32,000 nt of DNA from Ruminococcus albus 7 = DSM 20455 (GCF_000179635.2 NC_014833.1:3570001-3602000); one strand, 5' to 3'. Counted from the first letter of the stretch, positions 10,022-16,719 are shown. Made by a program: numbers and translations. Notes: generated by a model not told the origin, from the sequence alone.

Positions 10022-10177
10022 TATTAGATCCACCCTTTCTAAAAATATGCTGTGAAAAAAACCTGAGATCCTCACTGCTTTTCCGGCAGGACATCCGCCC
10101 GCCGTACCGACGCATAGTCTTTAAAACTGTCAAGAGATCCCATCTATCCGGGTCTGTCCTGCAGACCGAATAAACTA

Positions 10178-11110
10178 CTAACTGTCCTCTGCGGGGAAAA
10201 GCATTATGCCGCCCCGTTCTTCGTCAAGCTCCACCCTGACCTTGCCGCCGCCCTTTATCCCCAGCGACTGCATATAGTCCTTCGGAAGCTGTAATCTGCC
10301 TGATCTGTCCAGCACAGCCAGCTCCTCATGTGTAGCTTCATCACCGGTAATTACCTCACCCATTTCGCTGAGGTCCTCCGAGTACGACTTCTTACGGATT
10401 ATCTCCGAGCTCGTCCTGCCGTCCCTTATCGCCACTACCCTGTCGATATGTTCCGCAAGCTTCAGGTCATGGGTGACTATCACCACTGTAACGCCCTCGC
10501 TCCTGTTGAGCTCCTTGAATATATCCAGTATCATCGCAGAGGTCTTTGTATCCACTGAACCCGTAGGCTCATCTGCCAGCAGAAGCTTCGGGTCATTCGC
10601 CATAGCTATTGCTATAGCCACCCTTTGCTGTTCACCGCCCGACATCTGATCGAGCCTGCTGTTTATGCGCTTTTCCAGTCCTACCTTTTTAAGAAGCTCC
10701 AGCGCTCTCGCGCGTCTGCCCTTCTTGCCCTTCAGCAGCATGGGAAGTTCCACATTCTGCACTGCAGTAAGGTAAGGCACCAGGTTCCTCGCATTGTTCT
10801 GCCACACGAAGCCTACGGTATCCCGCTTGTACTCCATGTAGTCCTTGTCTGTAAATTTCAGCAGATCCTTGCCGTTGACTGTAAGACTTCCCGCGGAAGG
10901 TCTGTCAATTCCGCCGAGCATATTCAGCAGCGTTGATTTTCCGCTGCCCGAATTCCCGACGATAGCCATGAGCTCACCTTTCTTCACATCAAGGTCAAGC
11001 CCCTGCAGCGCCACCGCTTCAACATCGGATGTCTTATATATCTTTACAAGGTTCTCGCATCTTATCATGTACTCATCATCAGCTGACTTTTTAATAGTAT
11101 CATCACTCAA
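10178..11110 (-). CDS. ABC transporter ATP-binding protein (LolD/MacB/FtsE-like) with a C-terminal AbrB/SpoVT-like swapped-hairpin domain
   Basis: Walker A GNSGSGKST, signature MSGGEQQRVAIAIA, Walker B LLLADEPTGSVD, H-loop VIVTHD. The last roughly 48 aa (GRLQLPKDYMQSLGIKGGGKVRVELDEERGGIMLFP) fit the AbrB/MazE pattern. The ORF start is a TTG that overlaps the upstream gene by 8 nt; ATG 11068 (MIRCENLVKIYK) is an alternative. Confidence 0.85.
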   Translation of the reverse strand: MSDDTIKKSADDEYMIRCENLVKIYKTSDVEAVALQGLDLDVKKGELMAIVGNSGSGKSTLLNMLGGIDRPSAGSLTVNGKDLLKFTDKDYMEYKRDTVGFVWQNNARNLVPYLTAVQNVELPMLLKGKKGRRARALELLKKVGLEKRINSRLDQMSGGEQQRVAIAIAMANDPKLLLADEPTGSVDTKTSAMILDIFKELNRSEGVTVVIVTHDLKLAEHIDRVVAIRDGRTSSEIIRKKSYSEDLSEMGEVITGDEATHEELAVLDRSGRLQLPKDYMQSLGIKGGGKVRVELDEERGGIMLFPAEDS

Positions 11111-11780
11111 CTATCTCACCGTCCTCCAATGTGTACACCTTATCTGCCACGTCCATCATGCTTGGATCATGGGTGGTCATTATTATAGTCATGTTCTGCT
11201 TGGCAACAAGCTCCTTGAAAAGCTTGACGATGTGCAGAGCGGTATTGGTATCCAGCTCCGCAGTAGGCTCATCAGCGAATATCAGCCGCGGTTCATGGGC
11301 TATAGCCCTTGCTATCGCTACTCTCTGCTGTTCGCCGCCCGACATCTCACTGGGTCTGTGACCCATCCTCTTTTCAAGACCGACCGCCGCAAGACATTCC
11401 TTTGTACGCGCGTCACGCTTAAAGTACGGGTACTTCGCAAGCCTCAGCCCGAAGCTTACATTTTCATAAGCCGTCATCCCCGACATAAGCGCCACCGACT
11501 GAAATACAAATGCCATATCGTACCTTCGCAGGTCATCCCTGGCACCCTCGGACAGCTTTGTGATATCCTTTCCGTCAAACATCACCCTGCCACCCGTAGG
11601 TCGGTCAAGCGCCCCGAGAATATTTATCAGCGTTGTTTTGCCGCTTCCGGAACGTCCCCTGAGTATGGTCAGTTTGCCTTTTTCTATCTCGATATTCACA
11701 TTCTTCAAAGCAGAAACTATACTGCCGTCGCCAATTTTGAAGTCGCGGTAAAGCTCCTCCGTCTTCAGTATAACGTCCAT
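11103..11780 (-). CDS. ABC transporter ATP-binding protein (LolD/MacB/FtsE-like)
   Basis: Walker A GRSGSGKTT, signature MSGGEQQRVAIARA, Walker B LIFADEPTAELD, H-loop IMTTHD. I prefer the ATG at 11780 (MDVILKTEEL, GGAGGGAG upstream). The ORF-track start at 11837 has no RBS. Confidence 0.85.
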   Translation of the reverse strand: MDVILKTEELYRDFKIGDGSIVSALKNVNIEIEKGKLTILRGRSGSGKTTLINILGALDRPTGGRVMFDGKDITKLSEGARDDLRRYDMAFVFQSVALMSGMTAYENVSFGLRLAKYPYFKRDARTKECLAAVGLEKRMGHRPSEMSGGEQQRVAIARAIAHEPRLIFADEPTAELDTNTALHIVKLFKELVAKQNMTIIMTTHDPSMMDVADKVYTLEDGEIVE

Positions 11781-11983
11781 GGGGCTCACTCCCTCCGCGT
11801 TAATCTGCCTGATTTTTTCATCATCAGATTTGTGCATTTTTCACATCTTGTTACATCTTGTTTTTCGTGAATACAACATACAGTGTTCACTGTACAACTT
11901 GTTCAAAAATATTAGCTAAACGGAGTGCAGTATGCTACATCTTTTATCTAAATTATCCAAAATAGCATACTTTGCTATCATTC

Positions 11984-12012
11984 ATTATAACAATTAACCG
12001 ACAATTTGTCAA
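11984..12012 (-). promoter_or_regulatory. Consensus sigma-A-type promoter for the ABC/surface-protein operon
   Basis: The minus strand reads TTGACA, then 17 nt (aattgtcggttaattgt), then TATAAT. It lies about 200 nt upstream of the first ATPase start. Confidence 0.6.
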
Positions 12013-12322
12013 GCGCTAGAAAACGTTTACGCTGGCTTAAATTTTCGCTATAAATTCGCTTTCGCTGTACTGCACAACCAAATTCCTCAAAAATTGTGCA
12101 TTCTGCAACATTCTCGCGCAATTTTTGACTTGGGTTATCGTTTTCACTTGTTCAATTCATAATTATTTTTCAGTTATCTTTGTGTAAAATCACAACAGAA
12201 TTTAAAACGCTGATATGCACAAAATAATTGCGTTAATTTAGTTAAAATTTCATATATTTTCATATAAAAAAAACGAGCCGCCATAATAGCAGTGTCCGTA
12301 AAGATCATTTATGATAACTACC

Positions 12323-12382
12323 GGAGGAAACCTTTCTGAATAAAGGTTTCCCTCAATAATTTTCACAAACGTTCTATATGAG
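12323..12382. repeat. Hairpin plus conserved tail repeat, copy A (copy B at 30359-30418)
   Basis: ggaaaccttt/ctgaat/aaaggtttcc followed by ctcaataattttcacaaacgttctatatgag. It closely matches 30359-30418, with compensatory changes in the stem. Confidence 0.7.
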
Positions 12383-12427
12383 CACAGCTATTACAAGCGG
12401 CTTGTTTTTGATATACGAAACTATGTA

Positions 12428-13678
12428 TCAGAACTTTTTCTTGCCTTTGACGTATGCTGACAGCAAAGATATATCCGATACATTTACCCTGCCGTCACCG
12501 TTAAGGTCTGCTTTATTTGAAGTACCCAGGGTCTTTTTACCCTTTATGTGTGCAGCTACCTTGGAAATATCTGACACATTGACCGAGCCGTCGCCGTTGA
12601 TATCGCCTTTGCTTTTGCTTGCAGTGGATATCACTTCATAAGCCAGACCGTTTTCCTTTGCATACTGTTCAGCAGCGCTGCCCTTATACACCCTCATTTT
12701 GAAGCCCTTTATCTTGCCGTTATCGTAAAAGCCCAGTGCATCGGGGCTGATCTTTGTAACACTTTTCGGGATAGTTACAGTACCCATAGCGGTGCAGCCG
12801 TAAAAAGCATCATACCATATAGTAGTCAGACTGCTTGGCAGCTGTACATTTCTGAGGCTTATGCATCCGTTGAAAGCGTCAATGCTTATCTCTTTGAGCT
12901 TTGACGGGAACTTTACGCTTGCAAGACCAACACAATCAATGAAAGTATTGGCTTCTATCGAAGTGATATTATCAGGCAGGGATATGCTTTTCAGACGTGA
13001 GCAAAGATAGAAAGCGTTGGCGCCAATAAAAGTAAGTGTACTTGGCAGTGATATGCTTTCAAGGCCCTTGCACTTTCCGAATGCATGTATGCCCAGCTTT
13101 GTAACGCCGCTTGGTACGGTCACATTTCTCAGCGCTCCGCACTCCTCAAACGCATAATCAGGTATCGCCTTCAGACCACTGCTTATGGTCAGCGAGCTCA
13201 GGGATTCACAGCCGCAGAAAGCACTGCTCTCCAGCTTGGTCACAGTGTTGGGCATAGCCACCGAGCGCAGGGATATACAGTTCATGAAAGCCTCTTCCTT
13301 TATCTCCTTCAGACCACTCGGCAGATTTATGCTCTGCAGATTTGCACAATAGAAGAATGCGCATATACCTATACTCTTGATAGTGCTCGGCAGAGTTACG
13401 CTTTTTACGGAATGATTGTTGTCAAACGCGTATTTGCCTATGCTGACTACCGTCTTGCCGTTTATTGAGGAAGGCACCGAAACATTTGCTGCACTGCCGT
13501 TATAACCTGTTATCTCAACTGTATTATCTCCGAATACGATATAATTGAATGAACCGTATACCGAATCTGCACTTGCATTGACCACAGTATCCGTACCTAT
13601 GGGTACCACAGGAACAACTGCACCGCCGAACACCATCATCAGCGCACAAAGACCCGTCGCAACTCTTTTCATTTTCAT
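12428..13678 (-). CDS. Secreted BspA-type leucine-rich-repeat protein with a C-terminal dockerin
   Basis: Start set at MKMKRVATGLCALMMVFGG (signal peptide, GGAAAGAGAG RBS). About 23-aa repeats of the form SV.LPS.LK.IG..AF..C..L. The C-terminus GDINGDGSVNVSDISKVAAHIKG...DLNGDGRVNVSDISLLSAYVKG is two Ca-binding dockerin segments. Confidence 0.85.
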   Translation of the reverse strand: MKMKRVATGLCALMMVFGGAVVPVVPIGTDTVVNASADSVYGSFNYIVFGDNTVEITGYNGSAANVSVPSSINGKTVVSIGKYAFDNNHSVKSVTLPSTIKSIGICAFFYCANLQSINLPSGLKEIKEEAFMNCISLRSVAMPNTVTKLESSAFCGCESLSSLTISSGLKAIPDYAFEECGALRNVTVPSGVTKLGIHAFGKCKGLESISLPSTLTFIGANAFYLCSRLKSISLPDNITSIEANTFIDCVGLASVKFPSKLKEISIDAFNGCISLRNVQLPSSLTTIWYDAFYGCTAMGTVTIPKSVTKISPDALGFYDNGKIKGFKMRVYKGSAAEQYAKENGLAYEVISTASKSKGDINGDGSVNVSDISKVAAHIKGKKTLGTSNKADLNGDGRVNVSDISLLSAYVKGKKKF

Positions 13679-13753
13679 AAAACCACTCTCTTTCCTTTTA
13701 TACTCTATACGCACCTGCTTTTTGCAGATGATTAATATGTAATAATATTTAAC

Positions 13754-13782
13754 ATTATACATCATTTTCCGGTAAATGTCTA
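13754..13782 (-). promoter_or_regulatory. Putative promoter of the LRR-dockerin gene
   Basis: The minus strand reads TAGACA, then 17 nt, then TATAAT. It lies inside the 5' extension of the ORF-track model, which supports the shorter start at 13678. Confidence 0.5.
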
Positions 13783-13926
13783 GTCATATTATGCTAAATA
13801 GTTCTTAACTGATATCTATAATTGCGCAGCAGAACATTATATCTCACAAAATGAGCAGTATCACGGCACCCGTCCACTGTGCGTTTTCATCCCGCTGCAC
13901 AGCATTTATTAACTTTTTGTCCCCCC

Positions 13927-13955
13927 TTGCAAAATCGCTGAAACCGTGATATAAT
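13927..13955 (+). promoter_or_regulatory. Putative promoter of the pdxK-trmL-array-degV transcription unit
   Basis: TTGCAA, then 17 nt, then TATAAT, with a TGa extended -10 element. It lies 38 nt upstream of the pdxK ATG. Confidence 0.6.
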
Positions 13956-13992
13956 TATTTGAATAATATTATTATAAAGAGGGATCAGTAAA

Positions 13993-14853
13993 ATGAATGG
14001 CTGCAAAAGAGTTGCCGCAATACAGGATCTGTCAGGTCTTGGAAGATGTTCGCTGACAGTTATAATACCCACGCTTTCCGCAATGGGTGTGCAGGTTTGT
14101 CCTGTGCCGACAGCGGTGCTTTCCGCACACACGGGTTACAGTGAATTCGTTATCCGCGATCTCACGGATTTCATTCACCCCGCCCTGGAACACTACAAAC
14201 GCATGAATACGCATTTTGACTGCATATACAGCGGTTTTCTGGCTTCTGCCGAACAGATAGATCACTGTCTGGAATTCTTCTCCGCTTACCCAGATGCACT
14301 TAAAGTCGTCGATCCCGTCATGGGCGATGACGGCAAAAGCTACGCCACCTACACAGGCGAACTTTGCAAGCGAATGGGCGAGCTTGTGGAAGTAGCTGAC
14401 ATAATCACCCCCAACATCACCGAAGCGGCTATACTTCTCGGTGAGGAATACCCCTCCATGCCCCTTGGCAGCAGCGATGCAAAATCGTGGCTGGTAAGGC
14501 TCTCGGGGCAGGGTGCGCGCACTGTGGTGATCACCAGCGTGAATCTTGCAGGCGGCGGTATGCACACTATCGGCTACGACAGGGAGACCAACAGTTTCTG
14601 GAAGATACGCAACGATTACGTCAGCGGTGCGCACTATTCGGGCACAGGTGATATATTCGCAAGCGTACTCATAGGCTCGCTCCTTAAAGGCGACAGCCTG
14701 CCGATCGCCATGAACAGGGCTACGGCATTTGCCGAGCTGAATGTCAAGGTGACATACAGCTACCAGCAGCCCTGGACAGAGGGTCTTATGCTTGAAAGCC
14801 AGCTGCCCTGGCTCACAAGCTATCAGCAGCTTGACGGGTATTCTGTGCTATGA
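13993..14853 (+). CDS. pdxK: Pyridoxal/pyridoxamine kinase (ribokinase-like superfamily)
   Basis: N-terminus KRVAAIQDLSGLGRCSLTVIIPTLSAMGVQVCPVPTAVLSAHTGY and C-terminal GTGDIFASVLIG anion-hole motif, both typical of the PdxK/PdxY family. AGAGGGA RBS. Confidence 0.8.
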   Translation: MNGCKRVAAIQDLSGLGRCSLTVIIPTLSAMGVQVCPVPTAVLSAHTGYSEFVIRDLTDFIHPALEHYKRMNTHFDCIYSGFLASAEQIDHCLEFFSAYPDALKVVDPVMGDDGKSYATYTGELCKRMGELVEVADIITPNITEAAILLGEEYPSMPLGSSDAKSWLVRLSGQGARTVVITSVNLAGGGMHTIGYDRETNSFWKIRNDYVSGAHYSGTGDIFASVLIGSLLKGDSLPIAMNRATAFAELNVKVTYSYQQPWTEGLMLESQLPWLTSYQQLDGYSVL

Positions 14854-15473
14854 GTAATATGGATATTTTTGACAGTTCAAGATCGGACTCCCTGCGGGCG
14901 GGGGGGCGGGAAAGCCTGTGTGATAAAGAACAGCAGCTTACCCAAAAAGAACAGCAAAGTCCGCAGGACCGCACTCACCGACTGAACATAGTCCTCGTAG
15001 AACCCCGTATCCCCCAGAACACAGGCAATATCTCCCGTACCTGTGCCGTAACTGGCGCAGCACTGCACATGGTAAGACCTTTCGGCTTTGAGATAGACGA
15101 CAAAAAGCTTAAACGCGCAGGTCTTGATTACTGGGATAAACTGGATATATACTATTATAATAATATAGAAGATTTCTTCGCAAAGAACGACGGCGCGTAC
15201 TTTTTCTTCACTACAAAGGGCAGGCAGGTACACTCCGAAGCTGTATACCCCGAAGACAGACCCGTATACATAATATTCGGCAGAGAGGATGCAGGTCTCC
15301 CCGAAGAACTTCTTTACGCTCATCCCGACGAATGCGTTCGCATACCGATGCGCAACACACTGAGAAGCCTTAACCTGTCCAACTCCGTGGCAATAGCCAC
15401 CTACGAGGTACTCCGCCAGTGGGATTACCCCGACCTCGGCAGAGAAGGCAAGCTTACAAAATATACATGGTGA
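14850..15473 (+). CDS. trmL: tRNA (cytidine/uridine(34)-2'-O)-methyltransferase, SpoU/TrmL family, with an N-terminal extension of about 44 aa
   Basis: LNIVLVEPRIPQNTGNISRTCAVTGAALHMVRPFGF...LKRAGLDYW...IIFGREDAGLP...IPM....RSLNLSNSVAIATYE is the TrmL signature. The ATG overlaps the pdxK stop (ATGA). Confidence 0.85.
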   Translation: MSNMDIFDSSRSDSLRAGGRESLCDKEQQLTQKEQQSPQDRTHRLNIVLVEPRIPQNTGNISRTCAVTGAALHMVRPFGFEIDDKKLKRAGLDYWDKLDIYYYNNIEDFFAKNDGAYFFFTTKGRQVHSEAVYPEDRPVYIIFGREDAGLPEELLYAHPDECVRIPMRNTLRSLNLSNSVAIATYEVLRQWDYPDLGREGKLTKYTW

Positions 15474-15516
15474 CAGATAAGATATATACACCATGATGGA
15501 GGATAACAAAATGAAA
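15453..15516 (+). repeat. Array junction repeat, copy 1 (includes the trmL 3' end, RBS and module start)
   Basis: cttacaaaatatacatggtgacagataagatatatacaccatgatggaggataacaaaatgaaa recurs almost exactly at 16077-16140 and 16656-16719. Confidence 0.9.
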
Positions 15517-16104
15517 ATCAAATATAAATACCAAAGCAAGTTTCTTTCGGTTATCAGGATACTAGGAGTGCTAGTTGTATTACATCCTGGTATAATTAAA
15601 TTAATCGCGACACACGTTCCTTCATCCGCAATACCCATGCCTTCATCCGCGATACCCATGCCAGAAGATAAAACATTAGTTTTAATGATCTTCCTTATGC
15701 CTATTATTATATGGCTTTCCTGCATTGCACTGTTCAGCAATTTGCCTATAGAGATGGTTGCAGATGAATACAAACTAAAAGTCACAGTGCCTTTTCGGGA
15801 AACCATTATAAGCTATTCCGATATTGAAAGTATAAGTCTAGATCACGAGTTCAGAAAGGCAGAAATACGCGGCGCAGACGACTATTACAATGAAATACTG
15901 ACGATAACCGATATAAATAAAAAAGAATATGTATATCACAAAAAAATCGAACTTGATCAAAACAAGGTAGCCAAGAACCCCGAATATATGAAGGAACAGT
16001 TTGAGAACAGCAAGTTCTCAAAGCTGAAAGCGTATATCGAGGAACAAATGAAATTTGAGAAAAGGCTAGGAATAAACTTGCAAAATATACATGGTGACAG
16101 ATAA
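15511..16104 (+). CDS. Array module 1: two-TM protein with a PH-like C-terminal domain (uncharacterised paralog family)
   Basis: Start set at the third ATG (MKIKYKYQ), 8 nt after a perfect GGAGG; the other paralogs start MK..Y.Y. Two hydrophobic helices, then ...ISYSDIESISLDHEF... and a C-terminal FSKLKAYIEEQMK motif. It carries a 16-aa read-through tail relative to module 2. Confidence 0.8.
   Translation: MKIKYKYQSKFLSVIRILGVLVVLHPGIIKLIATHVPSSAIPMPSSAIPMPEDKTLVLMIFLMPIIIWLSCIALFSNLPIEMVADEYKLKVTVPFRETIISYSDIESISLDHEFRKAEIRGADDYYNEILTITDINKKEYVYHKKIELDQNKVAKNPEYMKEQFENSKFSKLKAYIEEQMKFEKRLGINLQNIHGDR
15619..15660 (+). repeat. In-frame 21-bp tandem duplication (2 units) inside module 1
   Basis: ccttcatccgcAatacccatg followed by ccttcatccgcGatacccatg. 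It encodes PSSAIPM twice in the loop between the two TM helices. Confidence 0.9.
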
Positions 16105-16140
16105 GATATAAACACCATGATGGAGGATAACAAAATGAAA
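16033..16140 (+). repeat. Array junction repeat, copy 2 (extended form)
   Basis: tatatcgaggaacaaatgaaat..agaaaaggcta..aaactt.caaaata.acatggtgacagataagatataaacaccatgatggaggataacaaaatgaa is shared with 16613-16719. Confidence 0.9.
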
Positions 16141-16635
16141 GAAAAGTACAGTTATGAATCGCTCAAAGACCTTGAGCCGATGGATGCACTATTGTTCGTT
16201 TCGTTAGCATTGTTTATCATAGCATTAATCAAACGTGAAGCTATTGAAACAAAGGTATTCTTCATGCTGCTCGCCATATCGCTCGTGTTATTTAGCTGCT
16301 GGATAATATATTTAAATCTTCAAGGATCCTTTACCGCTGACGACAAAGCTGTCACATTCGGCAAGTTCTCAAAAAAGAGGATAGAGTATTCTTCGATAAA
16401 AAGCATCGATATTTGCAGATCAACAGTAACGCGCAGGCAAAAACGTAAAAGATATGCAAAGCTTGTCGAGTGGATCACCTTCCACTGCGAGGACGGCGAT
16501 CATAAATTTGCGGGCGTACTGGTCCCGGAACGAGAACGCAGCTCGCCGGGTTCAGAAATGTCTATGTACCATAACGACTGGTCTGTCAGCCCTTTTTCAC
16601 GGCTGAAGGTCTACATCGAAGAACAAATGAAATAA
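16135..16635 (+). CDS. Array module 2: two-TM/PH-like paralog
   Basis: MKEKYSYES..., two TM helices, then FTADDKAVTFGKFSKKRIEYSSIKSIDI, ITFHCEDGDHKFAG and FSRLKVYIEEQMK. GGAGG RBS 8 nt upstream. Confidence 0.8.
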   Translation: MKEKYSYESLKDLEPMDALLFVSLALFIIALIKREAIETKVFFMLLAISLVLFSCWIIYLNLQGSFTADDKAVTFGKFSKKRIEYSSIKSIDICRSTVTRRQKRKRYAKLVEWITFHCEDGDHKFAGVLVPERERSSPGSEMSMYHNDWSVSPFSRLKVYIEEQMK

Positions 16636-16719
16636 TAGAAAAGGCTAATGAAAAACTTACAAAATATTCATGGTGACAGATAAGATATAAACACCATGAT
16701 GGAGGATAACAAAATGAAG
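16613..16719 (+). repeat. Array junction repeat, copy 3 (extended form)
   Basis: Same sequence as 16033-16140, but a TAA stop follows ...EEQMK directly, so the stretch that is coding in copy 2 is non-coding here. Confidence 0.9.

Noticed and set aside
7487-10027. Plus-strand ORFs (227 aa at 7487-8170; 218 aa at 9371-10027) inside the SBP gene
   Set aside because: Both are antisense to a single uninterrupted 3-kb ORF with a signal peptide and SBP motifs. They are shadow ORFs.
10076-10177. Terminator between the second ATPase and the SBP gene
   Set aside because: There is only a 6-bp stem (ggtctg/cagacc, 10051-10067 region equivalent at 10151-10167), with no U-run on the minus strand. That is insufficient to call a terminator. 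Operon continuity remains an assumption and is noted in the ABC locus finding.
10845-11870. 341-aa plus-strand ORF spanning both ATPase genes
   Set aside because: It is antisense to two ORFs with complete Walker A, signature and Walker B motifs. Its own sequence is low-complexity (S/P/L/F/H-rich) with no motif or RBS. It is a shadow ORF.
13679-13765. 29-aa N-terminal extension of the LRR-dockerin ORF (MMYNVKYYYILIICKK...)
   Set aside because: A TAGACA-17-TATAAT promoter lies within it. The MKMKRV start has an RBS and is followed directly by a signal peptide.
14032-14634. 200-aa minus-strand ORF inside pdxK, and similar antisense or alternate-frame ORFs elsewhere (for example 24245-24832, 25602-25994, 30905-31357, 6252-6854, 2944-3318)
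   Set aside because: Each lies wholly within a better-supported gene on the other strand or in another frame, and none has a recognisable motif.
15493-15510. MMEDNK N-terminal extension of array modules 1-3 as given in the ORF track
   Set aside because: The GGAGG RBS lies inside these codons, 8 nt before the third ATG. Paralogs 4-6 and internal module 3b begin directly with MK..Y.Y.
14877-15806. 309-aa minus-strand ORF overlapping trmL and module 1
   Set aside because: It is antisense to a clearly conserved TrmL core, has no RBS, and has odd composition. It is a shadow ORF.
15453-16719. CRISPR-like appearance of three near-identical 64-nt repeats
   Set aside because: The repeats are spaced about 580-620 bp apart and the spacers are paralogous coding sequences. 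The repeats contain an RBS and start codon. This is a gene-duplication junction, not a CRISPR array.
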